DNA of 53,488 bases from Bacteroidales bacterium (GCA_029934065.1 JAOZMX010000003.1:1-53488); one strand, 5' to 3'; shown: positions 9,599 to 18,645, numbered from the stretch's first letter. The notes: generated by a model not told the origin, from the sequence alone. Program-made: numbers and translations.

Positions 9599-12373
9599 TT
9601 ATTCAAAAACAGGTAAAACACATTGGTTGTCAACATTCTTCAATAAAGTTTTAAAATCTTCTTTCAGGCTTCTTCGCATGATGGCAGAATTTTCGTCGTG
9701 GCAGGTAAGACAAGCCCCCACGGTGAGGATTCGTTTTTGTTCTTCGATGGTAAAAGGCCGGAAATCAGGGCGTGTGGAATGTGAAAAAACATTGTTGTAA
9801 AACGTTTTGTTTTCTGCAAATCCGAAAGGCACCCACGCATCTTCCGGCAAACCGTCGTTGGGATTGTCGGCATATTTCGAAACAAATGTCCATGCCGGTT
9901 TCCCATGGCCGGCCAGTTGAAGTACCCCTTCGCCGTATCCCAAAGCCAGCGGGTCGTTATGGCACGATTTGCAGCTTCTTCCTTTTTTCATGATGGTATG
10001 TGGTGCTGCTGGTGCATAAAGGCGATGAAACAACAACGGCTCTTCATCTCCTCCTTCCGGGTAACTTTTCAGGTCAATCGTCAGAATCATTCCGGGGATG
10101 GCAGGTTGAACGGATTTTTGTTTCCCGTCGTCAAAAACTCCGAGTGCAGGTGGGAGTGCTGCATATTCGCCGGTGTATTCAACCCAAGTTCCCTTTTTGA
10201 ACCGGTTGGTTAACATGTCGTATCCTTGGGTTTCGGGTTCGTAAACATTATGACAACCGATGCAACGGGGGGCCCAGGCAGTATGACATGCACTGCAACT
10301 TACATCCTTGTGTGGCCCGCCGCGTGTACATTTTTCGGAGGGAGGTACCAATTGAAAAACCTTACCCGTATTTTTGCCTGTCAGTATTACCGAGTCGTCA
10401 TCAACCAAAAATGTATTCACCAGCGGCCATCCCGATTTTCCAACGGTGAGCATTCTCCCGGAAAGCGTATCCCAATGTCTTAATTTCAGGATTTTTCCGG
10501 ATTCCCCGTCAACGGCGTCGCTTGAAACGGTTTGCGGCAATTCATCAAAATGGCAGTCTTCGCATCTGATCTGTACCTGTTGTTCTTCATGCCGGTAAAA
10601 ATTTCCGTCGCCCATTGTTTCGTAGCCGCTGTGACAATCAATGCAGTTGAGCCCTGCCTGATGGTGAACATCGTCGGCAACGTGAACAAATACCCTGTCG
10701 TCCTGCAGCAAACGGTACCCCGGTTTCCCGGCCACCTCTTCGGCGGTCTTTTGTGTTTCGTGCCACCCTTCGTAATTGGTTGAGATCCTTCCCGACCGGC
10801 TGTGGCAACCGAAACAACGGCTGTCGGGGATGTTGAGGGTCAAAGCGGGATGCACACCGGGGCCGGGCAGGCTGTCTCCTTTGAATTTCGAATATCCGGC
10901 ATGAGCTGCCAGTGCTTTGTCGCTGTAGTTCAAATGGCAGGCGTTGCATCCACCTCCTCTGGAAAGTTCGTCAACCGGGCCTGTTGCCGTTTTCGGATTC
11001 CCAAGGTGGCATATCACACAAAGGTTTTTCAGGTGTTCGTCGGCGGCGGAATTTGTCAGGTGATGCACGTTGTTGAGTGCCGAAAGCGAATCGCATTCCC
11101 CGAAAACAAAACGGTCAACGGTGATCATGCCGCTGATGGTGGTCATCAGTGTAGTGTTGATGCGCCGGGTGACTTCGGGATGGCAGGCCGCCGTGCCGCA
11201 ACTCTTTCCCGCATCCGTCAGATTTCCCGGAATAAGGCGCATATTTTTGTGTGCCCTGTTTTTATCAATAGTAAACGAATTGCCTCCGTGGCATGAGACG
11301 CAACCCAGGGCTTGCGGGTCGTGCGACGGTGAGAAGCCTTTCATGTCGTCATGGCAGATCATGCATCCCTCGGCCCGGCCGTTAACAACAGGCACTCCCT
11401 GCGCAGGCAATTCTTCAATCCGTTCGCCGAATGATACGGGCCGGAACGAAAATGCCTCCGGCAAATAGTCCCCGCCGCCATCCCAGGGTGTCCGCCATTG
11501 CTGGTTTTCACCCCTGAAAAACCATCCAACCACCGTAAACCCGAGATAAAGATAAAACCCGAAAAGAATTGTCTTTTTCAATATTTTCGAATAATTCCCG
11601 GAAACGTACGGGAGAACACCAAGCATCAGCAGGAAGAGGAACATGATGACTAGCGACAAACCGGGAAGAGGTAGCCAATGGAGAATCTCCTGCAAACCGA
11701 CGAAGTACCATGGGCCTCTCATAATATTGTTTAAATTTTCACCCAGCGGAGCACCGAACAGCCAGCTTATTGCCAGAATTGTCAGTAGGGTGTAAATAAA
11801 TGTCTTTGTCTTTCCGTAAATGGTTCCCGAATGCTCGATAATGATGATGAAAAGGAAAATGGTTGCCGTTGCAATATGATGTACATAGATCAGTTGAAGA
11901 CCATTCCCGTTGCCAAACAGAGAAAATGCCAGCAGGTTGCCGGCAAGGGGGATTTGGGAAATAAGGCTTTGCATGATCTGTCTTGCCTGCGTTGCGTCGT
12001 TGTCCGCTTTTAGAATAAAGCCGGTGATCATAACAAATAACGCCACCAAAACCGAGACGGTCAGCCGCAGCCACACACCATATTTTACTTTTTTCTCGCC
12101 GGAGCGTTTCAGGTGATCCCAGATGTGTAAAAATGTGAAGACAAGAAAAAACTGTGCACTCCAGTAATGAATGTTCCGGATGAATACGGCATACGGGTTG
12201 AGGATAAGCATGGCCCCCAGCGATTGGTATGCGGCTTTTACATCGTAAGGTATGGCAAGAAATATCCCGCTGACGACGGCAATGAAAAAAGCAGCCAAAG
12301 CAATGGCTCCGAAAGTGTTCTCACGAAAAAACGTTTTTATTTCAGTTAGTCGTAGCCCCACGGTTTTTTTCAA
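9599..12373 (-). CDS. Cytochrome b (Rieske/cytb type, ~7 TM) fused to a C-terminal multiheme cytochrome c domain (11 CxxCH + 1 CX4CH)
   Basis: Helix B RNIHYWSAQ...LHIW and helix D HH...EH heme-b ligands, Qo-like RGPWYF. Heme-c motifs: CMICH, CVSCH, CGTAACH, CVICH, CNACH, CFGCH, CIDCH, CEDCH, CSACH, CIGCH, CKSCH, CLTCH. The TTG start overlaps the Rieske stop. Confidence 0.9.
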   Translation of the reverse strand: MKKTVGLRLTEIKTFFRENTFGAIALAAFFIAVVSGIFLAIPYDVKAAYQSLGAMLILNPYAVFIRNIHYWSAQFFLVFTFLHIWDHLKRSGEKKVKYGVWLRLTVSVLVALFVMITGFILKADNDATQARQIMQSLISQIPLAGNLLAFSLFGNGNGLQLIYVHHIATATIFLFIIIIEHSGTIYGKTKTFIYTLLTILAISWLFGAPLGENLNNIMRGPWYFVGLQEILHWLPLPGLSLVIMFLFLLMLGVLPYVSGNYSKILKKTILFGFYLYLGFTVVGWFFRGENQQWRTPWDGGGDYLPEAFSFRPVSFGERIEELPAQGVPVVNGRAEGCMICHDDMKGFSPSHDPQALGCVSCHGGNSFTIDKNRAHKNMRLIPGNLTDAGKSCGTAACHPEVTRRINTTLMTTISGMITVDRFVFGECDSLSALNNVHHLTNSAADEHLKNLCVICHLGNPKTATGPVDELSRGGGCNACHLNYSDKALAAHAGYSKFKGDSLPGPGVHPALTLNIPDSRCFGCHSRSGRISTNYEGWHETQKTAEEVAGKPGYRLLQDDRVFVHVADDVHHQAGLNCIDCHSGYETMGDGNFYRHEEQQVQIRCEDCHFDELPQTVSSDAVDGESGKILKLRHWDTLSGRMLTVGKSGWPLVNTFLVDDDSVILTGKNTGKVFQLVPPSEKCTRGGPHKDVSCSACHTAWAPRCIGCHNVYEPETQGYDMLTNRFKKGTWVEYTGEYAALPPALGVFDDGKQKSVQPAIPGMILTIDLKSYPEGGDEEPLLFHRLYAPAAPHTIMKKGRSCKSCHNDPLALGYGEGVLQLAGHGKPAWTFVSKYADNPNDGLPEDAWVPFGFAENKTFYNNVFSHSTRPDFRPFTIEEQKRILTVGACLTCHDENSAIMRRSLKEDFKTLLKNVDNQCVLPVFE

Positions 12374-12765
12374 TCAATGATAATTTTATTGTTTTCCAGC
12401 TTAAACGGAAGTTGCTGTAAATTTTCCGTTGCGGGGCCATTCTCCGGCTCCCCGTTAATATTAAATGCCGAGCCGTGGCAGGGACAAACCAGGTTCCCTT
12501 CCTTGTTGAGGCTTTTGATCGTACAGCCGAGATGGGTGCAACGCGAGGAAAAAACAGTTAATTTGTCGTTTCTCCGGACGATGATGACCCGGCCGAAAAA
12601 AGAGACGCCTTCGGGAACATCAGCCGGCAGCACCATGCGATTTGGAGTTCCGGAACGGGTTGCTCGTTTAACCAGCATTACCCACAACCAAAAAAAAAGG
12701 ATGGAAAGGGCACCCCACAGATATTTTAAAAAAATTTTTCTCGGTATTTTTTTTGTCTCTTCCAT
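12370..12765 (-). CDS. Rieske [2Fe-2S] subunit of a Rieske/cytochrome b complex
   Basis: CTHLGC and CPCHGS boxes; Tat-like RKIFLK followed by one TM helix. Confidence 0.92.
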   Translation of the reverse strand: MEETKKIPRKIFLKYLWGALSILFFWLWVMLVKRATRSGTPNRMVLPADVPEGVSFFGRVIIVRRNDKLTVFSSRCTHLGCTIKSLNKEGNLVCPCHGSAFNINGEPENGPATENLQQLPFKLENNKIIID

Positions 12766-12785
12766 TGGCAAAAATCAATGAGTGC

Positions 12786-12793
12786 CAAAAGTA
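12786..12793 (-). promoter_or_regulatory. Bacteroidota -7 box (TACTTTTG) for the Rieske-cytb operon
   Basis: TAnnTTTG match 20 nt upstream of the Rieske ATG. Confidence 0.55.
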
Positions 12794-12932
12794 CAAATCA
12801 TTTTCGGACAGCAACTAAACAGACAAAAATGAAATTTATATTCTTTCCAAATTATTATTTTAATCTGTTGAAATAGCGTGTTTTAAAAACCAACATCATT
12901 TTTTGATTTTTTAACAAAATGGTCGTATTGTT

Positions 12933-12966
12933 TTGATTCACAATGAATTTTCATTCAATGAATCAA
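12933..12966. promoter_or_regulatory. Nested inverted repeat, candidate operator between the divergent promoters
   Basis: TTGATTCA...TGAATCAA outer arms enclosing AATGAA-TT-TTCATT. Confidence 0.4.
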
Positions 12967-13003
12967 TCTGGTGATTAAAATTCGTTTTTTGCAAAAAAGT
13001 AAG

Positions 13004-13011
13004 TATGTTTG
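13004..13011 (+). promoter_or_regulatory. Bacteroidota -7 box (TATGTTTG) for the psr operon
   Basis: TAnnTTTG match ~42 nt upstream of the psrA ATG. Confidence 0.55.
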
Positions 13012-13053
13012 CATTGACCTATTTACATATTCATCATACTAAATTTAATATTG

Positions 13054-15318
13054 ATGACAACACGACGAGATTTCATTAAGGTCGTAACGGCAGGTACAGG
13101 AGCTGCAGCATTAGGGTTAAGTGTTCTTGATGTGAAGGGGATGGGAAGTATTTTCGGGGGTGATGAACCGGAACCTGTAAGTGACACCAAACTAAAGCGA
13201 TATCCGACTTATTGCGAGGTGTGTTTTTGGAAATGCGCAGGCTGGACATATGTTGACGACAAAGGAGCGATTAAAAAGATCCTCGGCAACAAAGAGGACC
13301 CGCATTGCAACGGGCGATTGTGTCCGCGCGGGACAGGTGGAATAGGCATGTATTATGATGAGGATCGACTGAAGACGCCGTTGATCCGTGAAGAAAAAGA
13401 CGGTAAGCAGTATTTCAGGGAAGCCTCATGGGAAGAAGCCCTTGAATTGACCGCCAGGCGGTTGAAGGAGGTGGCGGAGAGACATTCGCCGGAATGCATT
13501 GCATTGTTCAACCACGGTTCGGGCGGGAAATATTTCGGGACGCTGCTCAAGGCTTTCGGCTCGGAAAATATTGCCGCTCCGTCGTTTGCCCAGTGCCGCG
13601 GGCCGCGCGAAACCGGCTGGATCGCCACTTTCGGACAGGCGGTAGGATCGCCCGAGCCCACCGATATCCGCGATACCAACTGCCTTGTGCTCATTGGCTC
13701 ACATCTCGGCGAGAACATGCACAACGGGCAGGTACAGGAGATGTCGGAGGCCATCGAACGCGGCGCAACCATTATCACCGTTGACCCGAGGTTTTCAACT
13801 GCAGCAAGCAAATCAAAGTATTGGTTGCCCATCAAACCGGCGACGGATATGGCTTTGCTGTTGGCGTGGATACACGTACTGATCTATGAAGAGATTTATA
13901 ACAAGAAATATGTGGAAAAATATACCTACGGGTTCGACTTGCTGAAAGAACATGTGAAAGATATGACGCCGGAATGGGCTTACGGTATTACAACCATCGA
14001 GCCGGCTGTGATCAGGAAGACGGCACGCGAGATGGCCGATGCCGCACCCTCGGTCATTGTTCATCCCGGAAGGCATGTCACCTGGTATGGCGACGACACC
14101 CAGCGTACCCGTGCCATTGCCATTCTCAATGCCTTGCTCGGCTCATGGGGCAACCGCGGTGGTTTTTACATGAGCGAAAAGGTACACATTCCCCATCAGA
14201 AACTGCCGCCGTTTCCCAAACCCAAGCGAACCTGGCGTGATGCATTTCCGGGACAATACAAGCTGGCCAGCCTCGCCCTCTCCTCGGGGATTTGCGATGC
14301 CACCATCCCCACCGACGACAGGGATTGCTCTTTCAAAGCGTGGATCGTTTCGGGGACCAACCTGCCATTGACATTACCCAATAAAAAGAATACCCTCGAA
14401 GCCATCTCGCACCTTGAGTTCATAGTGGTCATTGATACCATGCCCATGGAGATCACCGGTTATGCCGATGTGATCCTGCCCGAATGTACCTACCTTGAAA
14501 GGTATGACCTGCTTCGCACCTCGGGACATCGCGAGCCGTACATCGCCCTGCGTATGCCGGCAGCCGAACCCAAATACAATACCAAACCGGGATGGTGGAT
14601 CGCCAAAAATCTGGCCAATAAACTCGGATTGGGGGAATATTTCCCGTACGACGATATTACCGAGGTTTTGGACTGGCAACTGAAGCAGATGGGCTCTTCG
14701 CTGGAAGAGATGAAGAAGATCGGTGTGAAAAAATTCGACCGTCAGGAAGGAGGGCTTTATTTCCAGGAAGGCGAGGACATTGAATTCAATACTCCAACCG
14801 GGAAGATCGAACTTTGGTCCAACGAAATGGCCGCAGAGAATTATGATCCCATGCCTGTTTATACACCTCATCCCGAACCGGAAGAGGGCTTTTACCGCCT
14901 GATCTACGGCCGTGCGCCCATGCATACCTTCAGCCGTACATCCAACAACCACAATCTCTGGGATTTGAAAAAGGAAAATGAAGTATGGGTTAATCCCAAA
15001 GTTGCCAAGTTGTGGGATTTGAACAACGGCGACAAGGTCTGGCTCAAAAATCAGGATGGCATTGTCTCCTCTTTTCCCATCAAGGTCAGGGTTACCGAAC
15101 GCATTCGTTGGGATTCGGTGTACATGGTGCATGGCTTCGGCCATTCCGACAAATTTCTGACACGGGCATACGGCCATGGCGCCAACGATTCCGAGCTGAT
15201 CACCAATGTGATGATCGACCCGGTGATGGGAGGAACCGGAATGAGGGGGAATTTTGTGACATTTTTAAAAGAAAAACCGAAAAATATGGAAAATTCAGGG
15301 AAGGAGGTTAAAGCATGA
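13054..15318 (+). CDS. psrA: Polysulfide/thiosulfate reductase catalytic molybdopterin subunit (PsrA/PhsA family)
   Basis: Tat signal TRRDFIK, [4Fe-4S] motif CEVCFWKC...LCPRG, Mo-ligand region PSFAQCRGPR, ADVILPECTYLER, HTFSRT; followed by PsrB/PsrC-like genes. Confidence 0.85.
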   Translation: MTTRRDFIKVVTAGTGAAALGLSVLDVKGMGSIFGGDEPEPVSDTKLKRYPTYCEVCFWKCAGWTYVDDKGAIKKILGNKEDPHCNGRLCPRGTGGIGMYYDEDRLKTPLIREEKDGKQYFREASWEEALELTARRLKEVAERHSPECIALFNHGSGGKYFGTLLKAFGSENIAAPSFAQCRGPRETGWIATFGQAVGSPEPTDIRDTNCLVLIGSHLGENMHNGQVQEMSEAIERGATIITVDPRFSTAASKSKYWLPIKPATDMALLLAWIHVLIYEEIYNKKYVEKYTYGFDLLKEHVKDMTPEWAYGITTIEPAVIRKTAREMADAAPSVIVHPGRHVTWYGDDTQRTRAIAILNALLGSWGNRGGFYMSEKVHIPHQKLPPFPKPKRTWRDAFPGQYKLASLALSSGICDATIPTDDRDCSFKAWIVSGTNLPLTLPNKKNTLEAISHLEFIVVIDTMPMEITGYADVILPECTYLERYDLLRTSGHREPYIALRMPAAEPKYNTKPGWWIAKNLANKLGLGEYFPYDDITEVLDWQLKQMGSSLEEMKKIGVKKFDRQEGGLYFQEGEDIEFNTPTGKIELWSNEMAAENYDPMPVYTPHPEPEEGFYRLIYGRAPMHTFSRTSNNHNLWDLKKENEVWVNPKVAKLWDLNNGDKVWLKNQDGIVSSFPIKVRVTERIRWDSVYMVHGFGHSDKFLTRAYGHGANDSELITNVMIDPVMGGTGMRGNFVTFLKEKPKNMENSGKEVKA

Positions 15319-15848
15319 GATACGCAATGGCCATAGATACCACGAAATGCGTGGGGTGTGGTGACTGTGTGGTTGCCTGCCAGACCGAAAATAATGTGCC
15401 GCACGGATATTGCCGCGACTGGATCGTGGAAAACGTTGCCGGCACCTATCCCAACGTGGAGATTGAATTGCGGTCGGAACGATGCAACCACTGCGATAAT
15501 GCACCCTGTGTGAGATGTTGCCCCACAGGCGCCAGCCATATCGTTGAAGGCGGGATCGTGATGGTAACACACGAGGAATGTATCGGTTGCGGCGCCTGCA
15601 TCGAATCCTGTCCTTACGATGCGCGGTATTCCCATCCCGAAGGATATGTGGATAAGTGTACTTTCTGCAAACACCGGATCGACAACGGTCAGTTGCCGGC
15701 CTGCGTTGAGGTGTGTCCTACAAAATGCCTCTATTTCGGCGACCTCGACGATCCCAACTCCGATGTGTCGAAAGCACTGCAAAACCGGAAATGGAAAGTG
15801 CTGGCTCCCGAAGCAGGAACAAAACCACAACTCTATTTTCTTACCTGA
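15315..15848 (+). CDS. psrB: 4x[4Fe-4S] electron-transfer subunit (PsrB/NrfC family)
   Basis: CVGCGDCVVAC, CNHCDNAPCVRCCP, CIGCGACIESCPY, KCTFC...PACVEVCP; ATGA overlap with psrA. Confidence 0.88.
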   Translation: MRYAMAIDTTKCVGCGDCVVACQTENNVPHGYCRDWIVENVAGTYPNVEIELRSERCNHCDNAPCVRCCPTGASHIVEGGIVMVTHEECIGCGACIESCPYDARYSHPEGYVDKCTFCKHRIDNGQLPACVEVCPTKCLYFGDLDDPNSDVSKALQNRKWKVLAPEAGTKPQLYFLT

Positions 15849-15872
15849 TCTTAACTTAAAGCAATTGAGACA

Positions 15873-16814
15873 ATGAAAGAAGAATTATTTGTCAGCGGTC
15901 GTGATATTCCCAATATCGATCCGTATCTGAACATTTGGCATTGGCAAATCCCGCTTTACCTCTTTCTCGGGGGTCTGGCCGCCGGAATCTTGTTTTTTGC
16001 CGGTTATTACACCATTTTGCGCAAAGAAAAAGAGATGGAAGCCACGGTGAAATGGGCTCCGTTTCTGGCGCCTTTCGCACTGGTGCTGGGCTTGTTTGCC
16101 CTGTTTCTCGACCTGAAGCACAAACTCTATTTCTGGCAGCTTTACACCACGGTGCGTTTCACTTCTCCCATGTCGTGGGGAGCATGGACGCTGATGCTCA
16201 TCACACCCATTTCTTTTATCTGGGCTGCAAGTTACATCAAAGAAGTGTTCCCCAAATGGGACTGGAAATTTGATGTTCTTAACAGGTTCGAGGCGTATAT
16301 CATCAAAAACCGTAAAGGGATTGCGTGGATCATGATGATCCTTGCTGTCATTCTCGGCGTTTATACCGGAATACTTCTTTCGGCGTTCAACGCACGGCCT
16401 TTGTGGAACACCTCCATACTGGGGCCGCTGTTCCTCGTCTCGGGACTCTCCACGGGGCTGGCAGCCATCATGCTGATGTCAAAAAGCAAGTACGAACGCA
16501 AAGTGGTAAGCCGGCTCGATCTGATCATGATCGCCGTCGAACTGTTTCTGATCATTCACCTGTTCATGGGTTTTTTGGCCGCTTCGGAAGTGCAGGTGGA
16601 AGCTGCAGCCCTGTTCCTCGGCGGAGACTTCACCGCGGTTTTCTGGATTTTCGTCATTTTCCTCGGACTTGTTTTCCCGGCCGTACTCGAGGTACTTGAA
16701 CTTCGGGGATACCATATCCCTGTATGGATTCCGGCGGTGTTGATTCTTATAGGAGGACTCGTTTTCAGATTTGTAATGGTTGAAGCCGGCCAAATAACGC
16801 GGTTTTTATATTGA
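15873..16814 (+). CDS. psrC: NrfD/PsrC family membrane anchor (quinone-interacting)
   Basis: WHWQIPLYLFLGGLAAG, LFLDL, TSPMSWGAW, YTGILLS...RPLWN; about 8 TM helices. Confidence 0.88.
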   Translation: MKEELFVSGRDIPNIDPYLNIWHWQIPLYLFLGGLAAGILFFAGYYTILRKEKEMEATVKWAPFLAPFALVLGLFALFLDLKHKLYFWQLYTTVRFTSPMSWGAWTLMLITPISFIWAASYIKEVFPKWDWKFDVLNRFEAYIIKNRKGIAWIMMILAVILGVYTGILLSAFNARPLWNTSILGPLFLVSGLSTGLAAIMLMSKSKYERKVVSRLDLIMIAVELFLIIHLFMGFLAASEVQVEAAALFLGGDFTAVFWIFVIFLGLVFPAVLEVLELRGYHIPVWIPAVLILIGGLVFRFVMVEAGQITRFLY

Positions 16815-16836
16815 TTCACTTTAAAGAAATTAAACA

Positions 16837-17376
16837 ATGAATAAAAACACAAAGATTAAAAACGGGCCAAGGTACATCAACCCTTATCTCGGAGGTATTT
16901 TGCTCGGCCTGTTGCTGCTGGCCACATTTTTTATTGCCGGACGCGGCCTGAGTGCCAGCGGGGCGGTCAAACTTTCCATCGTGACCATCGTTGACAAGAT
17001 CGCGCCGTCGCATGCCATGGCCAACGGATATTACAGCAAATTCATCCCTGCCGACGGCTCTTCGCCATTGTTCAACTGGTTGATATTTGCCGCCATCGGC
17101 ACTTTTTTCGGAGGGATGTTATCAGGAGCGATTTTCGGGCGACTTAAAAAATTCAGGATTGAGCACGCGCCCACCGTCTCCTCAAGAACACGCATCATCG
17201 CCGCCATCATCGGAGGTATTCTCTTCGGCATCGGAAGCCAGTTTGGCCGCGGTTGCTCCAGTGGCGCCGCATTGAGTGGCACCGCTTCTTTTTCATTTGG
17301 CGGTCTGATCGTGATGCTGCTGATGTTCGGCATCGGATACGCCTTTGCTTATTTCTTCAGAAAATTATGGATATAA
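16837..17376 (+). CDS. YeeE/YedE sulfur-compound transporter, half-size subunit 1
   Basis: NPYLGG, GRGLSASG, GGILFGIGSQFGRGCSSG (GCxSG motif). Confidence 0.85.
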   Translation: MNKNTKIKNGPRYINPYLGGILLGLLLLATFFIAGRGLSASGAVKLSIVTIVDKIAPSHAMANGYYSKFIPADGSSPLFNWLIFAAIGTFFGGMLSGAIFGRLKKFRIEHAPTVSSRTRIIAAIIGGILFGIGSQFGRGCSSGAALSGTASFSFGGLIVMLLMFGIGYAFAYFFRKLWI

Positions 17377-17391
17377 TTAAAAATTGACGAT

Positions 17392-17997
17392 ATGGGACCT
17401 TTAATTCCTCAGGGATATATCACAGGACAATGGGAATTTGTCATCGCCCTTTTGATCGGGGCGGCTTTCGGCTTTTTGCTCGAATCCTCGGGATTTTCTT
17501 CTTCAAGAAATATCGCCGGCGTCTTTTACGGATACAATTTTGTGGTGCTCCGTGTATTTTTTACGGCGATGATCGTGGCCATGGTCGGGCTGTTGTATTT
17601 CGACTACCTCGGCTGGATTGACATGAGCATGGTATTTGTACTGCCCACCTTTCTTGCGCCGATGCTGCTCGGCGGTTTCATCATGGGGCTTGGGTTTGTC
17701 ATCGGCGGCTTTTGCCCCGGAACCAGTTACACCGCATGCGCCATCGGAAAACTCGACGGGTTTGCTTTCCTCGGTGGTTTCTTTCTCGGGGTATTCCTCT
17801 TTTCCGAGGCTTTTCCGTTGTTCGAAAAGTTTTATTACTCGGGAGATATGGGAAACATCACCATCGGCGAAGTGCTGCATGTGTCCGACAGGGTGGTTGC
17901 TTTTGCTTTTGTTGTCATCGCCATCGCGGCTTTTTATGTGACCTGGCTTATTGAAAAGAAAGTCAGAGCAAACAGAACAGAATCAAAATTTGAATAA
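17392..17997 (+). CDS. YeeE/YedE sulfur-compound transporter, half-size subunit 2
   Basis: GAAFGFLLESSGF and LGGFIMGLGFVIGGFCPGT motifs. Confidence 0.85.
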   Translation: MGPLIPQGYITGQWEFVIALLIGAAFGFLLESSGFSSSRNIAGVFYGYNFVVLRVFFTAMIVAMVGLLYFDYLGWIDMSMVFVLPTFLAPMLLGGFIMGLGFVIGGFCPGTSYTACAIGKLDGFAFLGGFFLGVFLFSEAFPLFEKFYYSGDMGNITIGEVLHVSDRVVAFAFVVIAIAAFYVTWLIEKKVRANRTESKFE

Positions 17998-17999
17998 TC

Positions 18000-18614
18000 A
18001 TGAATAAGAATTATTTATTTCTTTCGCTTTTGATGATATTGCTGGCAGGCGGGTTGTTGTTGCTCCCCGACAGGACGAATTATTCACAAATCCCGCCCGA
18101 AGATCTGTTGTGGGATATTATCCAGCCCACGCGTTATGTTACCACCGAACAGGTGGCAAAGATGATCATCGAACAGGATCCCACGCTTGAACTGATTGAC
18201 GTGAGGGATGCCGATGCCTTCAAAGCTTTTTCGCTGCCCAACGCCGTCAACATTCCGTTGGATAGCCTGTTGTCGCCAAACTATTCCGATTATCTCGGCA
18301 TCGAAGACATGAACGCCGTTTTTTACGCCAACGACGACATGCTGGCCGATCAGGCCTGGGTGATTGCCAAAAGACTGAACTATTCGGGAATTTATGTCAT
18401 GAAAGGCGGCCTCAACTGCTGGATAAAAACCATCATTCAGCCTGCACCGCCGCCCGAAACCGCCTCACTCGACGCGTTCGATCTTTACGATTTCAGAAAA
18501 GGAGCCAGCATATACTTTACGGGCAAAACCATTACGGCGCCCAAATCCGATAACAAATCCAAAGTTATTGTCCGCAGAAAGAAAAAAACCAAAGCCACTG
18601 CCGGCGGTTGTTAG
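18000..18614 (+). CDS. Membrane-anchored rhodanese-like protein lacking the canonical active-site Cys, with a C-terminal GGC tail
   Basis: N-terminal TM; LIDVR..F...SLPNAVNIP; active-site loop VFYANDD; MKGGLNCW; ends RRKKKTKATAGGC. Confidence 0.85.
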   Translation: MNKNYLFLSLLMILLAGGLLLLPDRTNYSQIPPEDLLWDIIQPTRYVTTEQVAKMIIEQDPTLELIDVRDADAFKAFSLPNAVNIPLDSLLSPNYSDYLGIEDMNAVFYANDDMLADQAWVIAKRLNYSGIYVMKGGLNCWIKTIIQPAPPPETASLDAFDLYDFRKGASIYFTGKTITAPKSDNKSKVIVRRKKKTKATAGGC

Positions 18615-18645
18615 TCAATTTGTTAACAAAAAAAATCAACAAACG

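Noticed and set aside
12933-12966. FNR/Crp box (TTGAT...ATCAA)
   Set aside because: The half-sites are 24 nt apart rather than 4; kept only as a generic palindrome.
13054-15318. Nitrate, formate, DMSO or arsenate reductase identity
   Set aside because: Size, the Cys-ligand region, NrfD-type anchor and YeeE/rhodanese context favour the Psr/Phs clade. The exact substrate (polysulfide, thiosulfate or selenite) cannot be fixed without a tree.
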